Assembly (NCBI GenBank): GCA_902627335.1
Contig: CACOIV010000002.1
Location: 15,895 to 79,894 of the forward strand
Direction: 5' to 3'
DNA: 64,000 nucleotides
Source: an uncultured Prochlorococcus sp.
GTDB lineage: Bacteria; Cyanobacteriota; Cyanobacteriia; PCC-6307; Cyanobiaceae
Shown here: one piece after another, positions 43,293 to 49,675 of the stretch
How positions within the stretch are numbered: position 1 is the first letter of the stretch
Layout: each line of letters starts with the position of its first letter
Notes under the pieces: generated by a model
What the model was told of the DNA's origin: nothing
The model's database searches: none
The model's input: only the letters and a program-made list of their open reading frames with translations
Translations under genes and position numbers: made by a program

Positions 43293-43295
43293 TTT
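43282..43295 (+). repeat. att core copy 1 (attL, overlaps tRNA 3' end)
   Basis: CGCCCGGGGAGTTT, identical at 44434 and 45078. Confidence 0.9.
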
Positions 43296-43317
43296 CATAA
43301 CAGTTTCAAACACTTCC

Positions 43318-43343
43318 AGAGACTTTCACAAGTCTCTTTTTTT
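43318..43343 (+). terminator. rho-independent terminator on element arm
   Basis: AGAGACTT-TCAC-AAGTCTCT then T run. Confidence 0.85.
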
Positions 43344-43416
43344 GTGGGTATATATGTGATTTAAGAGAAAAGACTCTTCCAGAACCTTCCATCAGTATGC
43401 ACCATTTTTAAAAAAA

Positions 43417-43455
43417 TGTTCGGGGTATGTTCGGGATTTTTTTTAAATGTTCGGG
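43417..43455 (+). repeat. TGTTCGGG x3, putative integrase arm-type sites
   Basis: copies at 43417, 43428, 43448. Confidence 0.8.
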
Positions 43456-43479
43456 ATATATTCAGAAAATTAGTCTTTT

Positions 43480-44280
43480 TTATAATTTTTCATATTTCTT
43501 TGAATTTGGGTTATAGAAATATTTTTCATTTATATCAATTACAAGCAAGTGCCATCCATTTTTTTTATTTTTTAAAACCCCAATTCTTTTTGGATTGAAA
43601 TTCATCTCAATTTTATAATTATTCTCTGATTGGATGAAGCATTTATTAAAACGACCCCATCTATCCCAATAAGTGCAAGAGATTGTTTCTTCTTCTTTAT
43701 CATTATTGAGGTCATAAATCAATGAGGTTTTAGTGTAGTGAGGTGCATTAAATTTTAAGTTTGAAGTCCTGATTTCTGAAATCGCTTTAATTTCTTTTTG
43801 GTTTCGATTTGATAGGAGGTATAAATTTTCTCCAGAAAATAAATATTCAACCTTATTCACTTTTAATTCAGTATTAAAAAATCCTTCATGATGGTTTGTA
43901 GCGTAAATTATTAGTCCTTTATTTGTAGTTTTAAAATTTATCCCTTCCCAACCATTCCATACTCCTGTAAATTCATTGAATTCATATTTTTTGCCGATAC
44001 ATTTTGAATTAAAGAAAATCATCTCTAAATCAGGAGCATTTGAGTTCCCTCCGTCTGTTCTTGTGATTAAAATTTCCTTTTTTTTGTCATTATTAATATC
44101 TAAAACATCTTTACTCCAAATCGGAAATTTTCTTTTTTTGGTTTTCTTTATAGTTAAATTTTTTAACTCATTTTTAATTGATTCTTTACATTCCTTATTT
44201 GCTAAGAAATCAGATTTTGCGGGGTAAATAAATCCAGAAATTATTATAGATAAAAAAATTTTTATAATATGCTTAATCAA
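43480..44280 (-). CDS. secreted hypothetical protein with FG-GAP/VCBS-like DxNxDxxxE loops (cargo of element 1)
   Basis: N-terminal signal peptide; LDINNDKKKEILI and YDLNNDKEEETI. Confidence 0.7.
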   Translation of the reverse strand: MIKHIIKIFLSIIISGFIYPAKSDFLANKECKESIKNELKNLTIKKTKKRKFPIWSKDVLDINNDKKKEILITRTDGGNSNAPDLEMIFFNSKCIGKKYEFNEFTGVWNGWEGINFKTTNKGLIIYATNHHEGFFNTELKVNKVEYLFSGENLYLLSNRNQKEIKAISEIRTSNLKFNAPHYTKTSLIYDLNNDKEEETISCTYWDRWGRFNKCFIQSENNYKIEMNFNPKRIGVLKNKKNGWHLLVIDINEKYFYNPNSKKYEKL

Positions 44281-44340
44281 AATACATGTTTAATTTAGAT
44301 CCTGATAATTACAAAATCTTTTTATCTAAGCAACTAGAAA

Positions 44341-44360
44341 TGTTCGGGATTATGTTCGGG
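44341..44360 (+). repeat. TGTTCGGG x2, putative arm-type sites
   Basis: copies at 44341 and 44353; last ends 73 bp before core 2. Confidence 0.8.
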
Positions 44361-44433
44361 GTATCGTCTTGTATATCATTAAATACCCTTCCTAACCCTT
44401 TCTTGCGAGTGCATTTGGAACTTATTATACATT

Positions 44434-44447
44434 CGCCCGGGGAGTTT
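44434..44447 (+). repeat. att core copy 2 (attP-like junction, arms on both sides)
   Basis: CGCCCGGGGAGTTT. Confidence 0.9.
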
Positions 44448-44469
44448 CTAATCACTTTCACAAACTTGC

Positions 44470-44495
44470 AGAGACTTTCATAAGTCTCTTTTTTT
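44470..44495 (+). terminator. rho-independent terminator, paralog of 43318
   Basis: AGAGACTT-TCAT-AAGTCTCT then T run. Confidence 0.85.
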
Positions 44496-44566
44496 GTGTC
44501 TATGAATAGTTCTTTCACAAAATGCCTTTCAGAACGTATCAAAAATATTCACTATTTTTTCAAAAA

Positions 44567-44607
44567 TGTTCGGGTAATGTTCTGGTTTAAATAAAATTAT
44601 GTTCGGG
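44567..44607 (+). repeat. TGTTC(G/T)GG x3, putative arm-type sites
   Basis: copies at 44567, 44578, 44600. Confidence 0.78.
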
Positions 44608-44628
44608 TAAAAACTTAATATGTTCTAC

Positions 44629-44871
44629 TTACTTTCCAACACATGGTGCTGATTCATATTCCTTGATGTATTTAAATAATCTAGTTTGTCTTTTTACTAA
44701 AAGTATTATTAAAGGAATGAATCCAATAATAACAAAACAAAGAAGGACAGAAATAATTAACCAAAGTGCTTCTATAAGTGCTGCTTTATCTTTCCCTAAA
44801 TAAGAAAGATCTAAAAAAAAGAAAAATAATATGATTTTTATAATTGCTTTTTTTTCTTCTCTTTGAAACAT
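44629..44871 (-). CDS. small membrane protein (cargo of element 2)
   Basis: 80 aa; hydrophobic LWLIISVLLCFVIIGFIPLIILL. Confidence 0.55.
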   Translation of the reverse strand: MFQREEKKAIIKIILFFFFLDLSYLGKDKAALIEALWLIISVLLCFVIIGFIPLIILLVKRQTRLFKYIKEYESAPCVGK

Positions 44872-44975
44872 TAGAAAATTTGATAATTAATTTAAATTAT
44901 CCTTTATTTGAAAATATGCAAATATGCAAATATGATGTTGTTAAAAATATAGTTGCAAATTTTTCGATTAAAAAA

Positions 44976-45004
44976 GTTCGGGTAATGTTCGGGTAATGTT
45001 CGGG
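44976..45004 (+). repeat. (T)GTTCGGGTAA tandem x3, putative arm-type sites
   Basis: 11-bp period; last ends 73 bp before core 3. Confidence 0.82.
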
Positions 45005-45077
45005 TAAGGGTCGTTATATGTAAAGAAATACCTTTCAAATCCTTTCATACCATTGCATTATGGACTTGTTCGGAACT

Positions 45078-45091
45078 CGCCCGGGGAGTTT
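45078..45091 (+). repeat. att core copy 3 (attR)
   Basis: CGCCCGGGGAGTTT; within AACTC-GCCCGGG-GAGTT inverted symmetry. Confidence 0.9.
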
Positions 45092-45112
45092 ATATGTCTT
45101 GAAAAGCCATAC

Positions 45113-45137
45113 AAAGTCACCCTTAGGTGACTTTTTT
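45113..45137 (+). terminator. rho-independent terminator, probably the displaced earlier tRNA-Asn terminator
   Basis: AAAGTCACC-CTTA-GGTGACTTT-TTT. Confidence 0.82.
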
Positions 45138-45281
45138 GTTCCTTTCACAAGGTTATGAGAGAAAAATGTCTAGATGAATGCTGAAATTGTAGTGCAATTC
45201 TATTGGTCCATTATTTGTCTTTTGGTGAAAATATTCGTTCATTTATGATTTTTTTCTTAGGTATCTGAGATCATTTGAATT

Positions 45282-45704
45282 ATGAAAATAAACTTTTATA
45301 AAAGTCTTCTACCTTATCTACCTTGGTTAACTTTTATCTTTGGGATATTTCACTTAATGGGTGATTTAGGAAGGCAAAGTGGATATGGTCAACTTTGGAA
45401 TGTTGGTTTATTCATCGCGCTCTTATCTCAACAATATTGTCAAAGAAAAGGAGCATTTAAATTTCATTTATTATTGAGTAATTACAATCTAAATTCTGAT
45501 ATATCAACTATATTTGGATATTTTTTAGGGTTTTTATTATGGGGTGCAAGTTCTCAATATCTTTTCATAGATATTCTTGTGAAATATAGAGATTTAATCC
45601 CATCATTTATAGAACCATTTCTGTATCTAATTGGGATCTTTGTTTTATTTATTGGTTCTTTTTTCCCTTTTTATGAGGGTAAAAATAAAAGTTTAGATCA
45701 ATAA
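45282..45704 (+). CDS. hypothetical membrane protein (about 4 TM)
   Basis: 140-aa hydrophobic ORF. Confidence 0.65.
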   Translation: MKINFYKSLLPYLPWLTFIFGIFHLMGDLGRQSGYGQLWNVGLFIALLSQQYCQRKGAFKFHLLLSNYNLNSDISTIFGYFLGFLLWGASSQYLFIDILVKYRDLIPSFIEPFLYLIGIFVLFIGSFFPFYEGKNKSLDQ

Positions 45705-45714
45705 AAAATTTAAA

Positions 45715-45873
45715 TTAATAAACTTTGCAGTGAGCACTAGTTGGATGATCAATACACTCTTTATCCCAGTAATTTTGCTTGGCTTCTTTAGGTAGTTTGT
45801 AATTAAAATCATGCATTCTCCAAATATCAGAAGTTGCATTTTTTAGAACGTTGAACGGAGTAGCGAGTTTCAT
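45715..45873 (-). CDS. CP12-like small protein (52 aa), not in ORF track
   Basis: AGGAGG RBS; MKLATPFNVLKNATSDIWRMHDFNYKLPKEAKQNYWDKECIDHPTSAHCKVY*; C-terminal Cx8C-xxY. Confidence 0.75.
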   Translation of the reverse strand: MKLATPFNVLKNATSDIWRMHDFNYKLPKEAKQNYWDKECIDHPTSAHCKVY

Positions 45874-45984
45874 AAGACCTCCTATTGTTGTTCTACTCCA
45901 TTATTATCCTTCTATTCTCTTGGATTTTATAGAGTGTTTCTACTTAATTGAAAATGCTTTTATTTCTAAGATATTTATTTGCAT

Positions 45985-46077
45985 AAAAAAGACCCCTAAT
46001 TATAGAGGTCTTTTCTGGTTTTACTGAATCAAGTGTTTCCTTGTTTCCACTGTTTCAATAAAACCTCTCCTTCACAC
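45985..46077 (-). ncRNA. yfr2: Yfr2-family sRNA
   Basis: 5' GUGUGAAGGAG, central GUGGAAACAAGGAAACAC, terminator GACCUCU..AGGGGUC-U6, TATTAT -10 box upstream. Confidence 0.88.
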
Positions 46078-46166
46078 AATCTGATAATACAGGAATTAGT
46101 TTTTGAGGAAATATTAGGAGTCAGGTAATTAAATTGGCACATATGAGTAAGACTTAAAAATTAAGT

Positions 46167-46246
46167 CACTAAAAAACACCCTAATCTTTTAAATCAGGGC
46201 GTTTAGTGATCAGAAATTAATTTATGAGGAGTTTTCTGATGTTATT
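46167..46246 (-). ncRNA. candidate Yfr1/Yfr10-like sRNA (ends approximate)
   Basis: hairpin AUCAGAAA..UUUCUGAU with ACUCCUCAUA in the loop, then terminator AAACGCCCUGAU..AUUAGGGUGUUUUUU. Confidence 0.45.
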
Positions 46247-46271
46247 AATCTAATCTTAAAATTATTTGTCC

Positions 46272-46454
46272 TCACTCACAATAGATTAAACAATGGTTAT
46301 AAGTTGGATTTACCATGCATTCTTTTTCCCAGAAATTCCTAATTTCAGGTGGACATTTCTCAAGTTCTTTTGGAGTTTTCTTCATTTTTTCTCCTGCATA
46401 ATTAAATGCATTTAAGTATCTTGGAAGGATTGAGAATTGATTCAATAGTTTTAT
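46272..46454 (-). CDS. CP12-like small protein, paralog 2 (ATA at the start position, or internal ATG 46385)
   Basis: same AGGAGGTCTT RBS; ...MKKTPKELEKCPPEIRNFWEKECMVNPTYNHCLIYCE*. Confidence 0.65.
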   Translation of the reverse strand: MKLLNQFSILPRYLNAFNYAGEKMKKTPKELEKCPPEIRNFWEKECMVNPTYNHCLIYCE

Positions 46455-46566
46455 AAGACCTCCTAGATCTATGCTTTAATTATCCTCCTATTATTATTAA
46501 ATTTAAGGGTCGGTTTTAGGAACAAGAACGCATGTGTTAATGACTAATCAATTTAGAAATAATAGA

Positions 46567-46761
46567 TTACACATATCCATTACTAATACTTTGATTTTCT
46601 TTTTCACAATACATAATACAAGGATCAGATTTAAACATTTTTCTATAGTCATCATGTAATCTTTTAGTTGCAGATTTTTCTTTTGAATTGATTGCATTTC
46701 TTATGAAATCCATTTCGTTTAATTTTCGATTAAGAATTGTGAAAGGAGTAGTTAGTTTCAT
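46567..46761 (-). CDS. degenerate paralog 3 of the CP12-like family
   Basis: MKLTTPF N-terminus shared with paralog 1; CIMYCE similar to CLIYCE of paralog 2. Confidence 0.6.
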   Translation of the reverse strand: MKLTTPFTILNRKLNEMDFIRNAINSKEKSATKRLHDDYRKMFKSDPCIMYCEKENQSISNGYV

Positions 46762-47170
46762 AAGTTCCCCAAGATCTTTTTTATATTGTCGCTCGATTTG
46801 TATTAGATTTGTAGAGTGTTTTTGCTCAAGTAATAATGCTTTGGGTTCTAATCATTATATTTTTCGATTTGATAGGAGTCAGAAGAATACAGGAGTCAGA
46901 GGAACTTCAAACATTTAGGAAAATAAGGTTTAAAACTCGAAATGGGCAAACATATGCCACTTTATTTTTATGAACTTTTAATCTGATTATCAAATAGATT
47001 TTCTTCTATTAATTTTTCAAGAGATCCCCCCTGTAAATGGTTTTAAAAATAAAATATGTTTACTTTATTTAATTTGTTTATATCTTAAGTTGATATTGTT
47101 TGGTCTTAAATCGATCAGTTTTTTTAATTTTAAATTATTTGTACTAGATTTATTTAAATAAATGAATAGA

Positions 47171-47275
47171 ATGGAATTTATCACACCTCAAATTGCAATT
47201 GGATTATTACTAATAAGTATCGGATTAGTTAGTAAATTTGATATTAAATTTGAAATTTTTAAAGAAAAAGAGTAA
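47171..47275 (+). CDS. small single-TM protein (34 aa)
   Basis: MEFITPQIAIGLLLISIGLVSKFDIKFEIFKEKE*. Confidence 0.45.
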   Translation: MEFITPQIAIGLLLISIGLVSKFDIKFEIFKEKE

Positions 47276-47404
47276 AAATTTAAATTTGTAAAATAAAACT
47301 ATTAATTATTTATCAAGAGCAAATTTGCAAATGCTTAATATTCTATGTTTATTAGACATGGGAAATTATTTAAAGTATAAATAGATAAATTTTTTAAGGA
47401 CATT

Positions 47405-47698
47405 ATGTTTGTAAGCATTGATTTATGCCTTGTGCCAATTGGAGTTGGAACTTCTTTATCTCCTTATATCAAAGAATGTAAAAAAATTATTGAGACATAT
47501 GATTTAACTTATGAATTAGGTGCAAATGGGACAGCAATAGAGGGAGATTGGTCAGAAGTATTTGAATGTATTAGACAATGTCATGAACAAATTCATGAGC
47601 AAGGTGCTCCTAGGATTTATACAACAATAAAAGTAAATACAAGAATTGACAAGAAGCAAACCTTTGCAGAAAAATTAAAAAGCGTATTAGATAATTAA
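47405..47698 (+). CDS. MTH1187/YkoF-like thiamine-binding protein
   Basis: LVPIGVGTSLSPYI, GTAIEGDW, CHE, RIDK. Confidence 0.88.
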   Translation: MFVSIDLCLVPIGVGTSLSPYIKECKKIIETYDLTYELGANGTAIEGDWSEVFECIRQCHEQIHEQGAPRIYTTIKVNTRIDKKQTFAEKLKSVLDN

Positions 47699-47803
47699 AC
47701 TATACTAATTAAATTGAATACTTATCTTATAGTAGATTTTTTGGTGGTTTGATAATTATTACATTGATCAACTAAAATTTAATAGAATAAAGAAAGGTGA
47801 TTT

Positions 47804-48124
47804 TTGATGAATAAATACACAAATGTTGAAGTTAGTAAATTAGCAAATATTTATTTTGAAGGTAAAGTTATTAGTCGGAATATATTTTTTAAAGATGGTT
47901 CCAAAAAAACTTTAGGAGTAATGTTTGTTGGTGAATATGAATTCAAAACCATATCAAGAGAAATCATGGAAATTATATCTGGAAAATTAAATTTTAAAGT
48001 TGATGGCACTGATAATTGGCAATTGATAAAAGAAGGTATGAGCTTTAATGTTCCTAAAAAATCTTCATTCAAAGTAAAGGTTTTAGAGTTAGTACAGTAC
48101 AGTTGTTCTTATATTGAAGAGTAA
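47804..48124 (+). CDS. ppnP: pyrimidine/purine nucleoside phosphorylase (DUF1255)
   Basis: ANIYFEGKV.SR, KTLGVM, EIMEI.SG, F.VP..S.F, YxCxY. Confidence 0.88.
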   Translation: MMNKYTNVEVSKLANIYFEGKVISRNIFFKDGSKKTLGVMFVGEYEFKTISREIMEIISGKLNFKVDGTDNWQLIKEGMSFNVPKKSSFKVKVLELVQYSCSYIEE

Positions 48125-48164
48125 AAAAATGCAAAAAAATTAATTTAGTTAGTTTGTTTTTTAA

Positions 48165-48569
48165 CTATATATTATTCTCTCTCATTCTCATTTTATAGAA
48201 ACTCTCTTCGCATCTAACTAATATTCCTTTATAGCCTTCTGGAAAGTAATTAATATATTGATCTAATGTGATTTTATCTGGAAAAATTCCTTTTACAAGA
48301 AAAACAACTTTTTTATCTTTTTGAATTACAAAATGAGGTGGTAAATTTTTCATTAATTCTCTCCAGGTTTTATCTGAAGCAATAATTCCTTTATAGTCAT
48401 CAGGAAAGTGTTCTCTCATAATTGGTTTCACTGCAAGTGTTGCAGGGAACCCAGAGATTATATGAAAATAAACTAATTTTTTTTTATCTAAAACAATATG
48501 TGGAAAAGGAATTGGATTTTTACCATATTTTTTTTTATATTCGTTTGTGAATTTGGATTTCCTTTGCAT
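48165..48569 (-). CDS. hypothetical protein with internally duplicated domain
   Basis: PHIVL..FPDDYKGII / PHFVI..FPEGYKGIL. Confidence 0.7.
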   Translation of the reverse strand: MQRKSKFTNEYKKKYGKNPIPFPHIVLDKKKLVYFHIISGFPATLAVKPIMREHFPDDYKGIIASDKTWRELMKNLPPHFVIQKDKKVVFLVKGIFPDKITLDQYINYFPEGYKGILVRCEESFYKMRMRENNI

Positions 48570-48585
48570 TCTTATTGGAATTATC

Positions 48586-48780
48586 TTACTTATAGTTTTG
48601 ATCTTTTAATTTATTGAAAATACACTTACTTTTTATAGTCATACCTTTGTAGCCAGTTAAATTCAAATTGTCCATCCATAATTTAATATCTAAGCTTGAA
48701 TTATATTCTTTAGACAAATAAAATATTACTTCTTTAGTCGATTGTAAAATTATATGAGGTGGTATTTTTATTGTTTCCAT
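48586..48780 (-). CDS. hypothetical protein, single copy of the same domain
   Basis: PPHIIL..KEVIF..GYKGM. Confidence 0.65.
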   Translation of the reverse strand: METIKIPPHIILQSTKEVIFYLSKEYNSSLDIKLWMDNLNLTGYKGMTIKSKCIFNKLKDQNYK

Positions 48781-49072
48781 AAAGTTATAGTATTATACAT
48801 TTTTTCTAAAATGGTGTTCATTTTTTGATCTGAGAACAAAAATGTTTTTGGACTAACTAAGCAATATCAGGAAAAAATCCATAAATTAATTTTTTTTGGA
48901 CTTCTTAAAACTTCTCTTTTTACTCTCTTTACTTGAGTTTGACTAGTTGTTTCTGAATCTTCCAGGAATAATATGAACATATTGTTTTGAATAGAATCTT
49001 GCTTCAAAAACATTTTTCACAATAATAGTACATTAGTATTATTGCTCTTAAATCTTTATTTGGGAAGTGAAT

Positions 49073-49675
49073 TTAATGTGTACGTAGTCTTTTGGTTATT
49101 TTCCCAGGCGTTTTTTGTATCTTTTTAATTTTTTTTCCAAAGTATTCTAGATGGCAAACCCATTCAAAAAAGTCATTCCCAGTATCTAATTTATTTGTAT
49201 AAATATCTAATTTTTTTGGTTCAAATAATTCTCCTTTCAAGAATGTTAATTCTCCATAAATTCCTTTCCAGTCTTCTTGATACTCTAAATAATATTCATC
49301 ATCATCATATTCCCAATGATTAATGCATTTCCTAGGAATTTTTTCAAATGAATTAGTAAGTACTAGGTCTTCAGGATTTAAATCACCACGATAAATTCCT
49401 AATTTTTTTAATTGCTTAAACTCAAATAGCTCTCTTTCTTGTGTATTAAGATTTTCTAATATAATGCTCATTGTATTAGAAAAGCTTAAGTATTTATTTT
49501 CTAACACTAATTTTCCTTCCTCTAATTCAAAATCTTCCTCATCCAAAATTGCACTATTACATGCATGTCTTCCAATATATTCAAGCGAAATTTTGCCTGT
49601 GTACCATCCATTTCCAATTATTGATAACTTTCTATTTGAGTTTTTATTATTAACAATCATAAGTTTTGTTTTCAC
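49073..49675 (-). CDS. hypothetical protein
   Basis: 200-aa ORF, acidic and aromatic, no motif recognised. Confidence 0.55.
   Translation of the reverse strand: MKTKLMIVNNKNSNRKLSIIGNGWYTGKISLEYIGRHACNSAILDEEDFELEEGKLVLENKYLSFSNTMSIILENLNTQERELFEFKQLKKLGIYRGDLNPEDLVLTNSFEKIPRKCINHWEYDDDEYYLEYQEDWKGIYGELTFLKGELFEPKKLDIYTNKLDTGNDFFEWVCHLEYFGKKIKKIQKTPGKITKRLRTH

Larger units (their letters stand above)
43282..44433. mobile_element. integrase-less mini integrative element 1 (1152 bp core-to-core)
   Basis: bounded by identical att cores; TGTTCGGG clusters at both ends; one cargo gene. Confidence 0.72.
44434..45077. mobile_element. integrase-less mini integrative element 2 (644 bp core-to-core)
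   Basis: same end architecture as element 1, different cargo. Confidence 0.72.

Noticed and set aside
43416-44227. ORFs 43416-43598 (+) and 43976-44227 (+)
   Set aside because: One starts inside the arm repeats; both are antisense to the 266-aa cargo gene
44286-44542. ORFs 44286-44483 (+) and 44309-44542 (-)
   Set aside because: They run across the att junction, arm repeats and terminator; likely chance ORFs
43417-45004. TGTTCGGG repeats as a CRISPR array or replication iterons
   Set aside because: Repeats are 8 bp with no regular unique spacers, and no cas1/cas2 or rep gene is present; fixed distance to the att cores explains them better
44434-45091. Cores 2 and 3 as additional tRNA genes
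   Set aside because: Only about 11 nt of the tRNA 3' end is present; no cloverleaf upstream
46688-46918. 76-aa plus-strand ORF
   Set aside because: Overlaps paralog 3 and its promoter on the opposite strand, with a weak TTG start
48867-49013. 48-aa minus-strand ORF MFLKQDSIQ...
   Set aside because: No clear RBS, motif or paralog; cannot be told from a chance ORF
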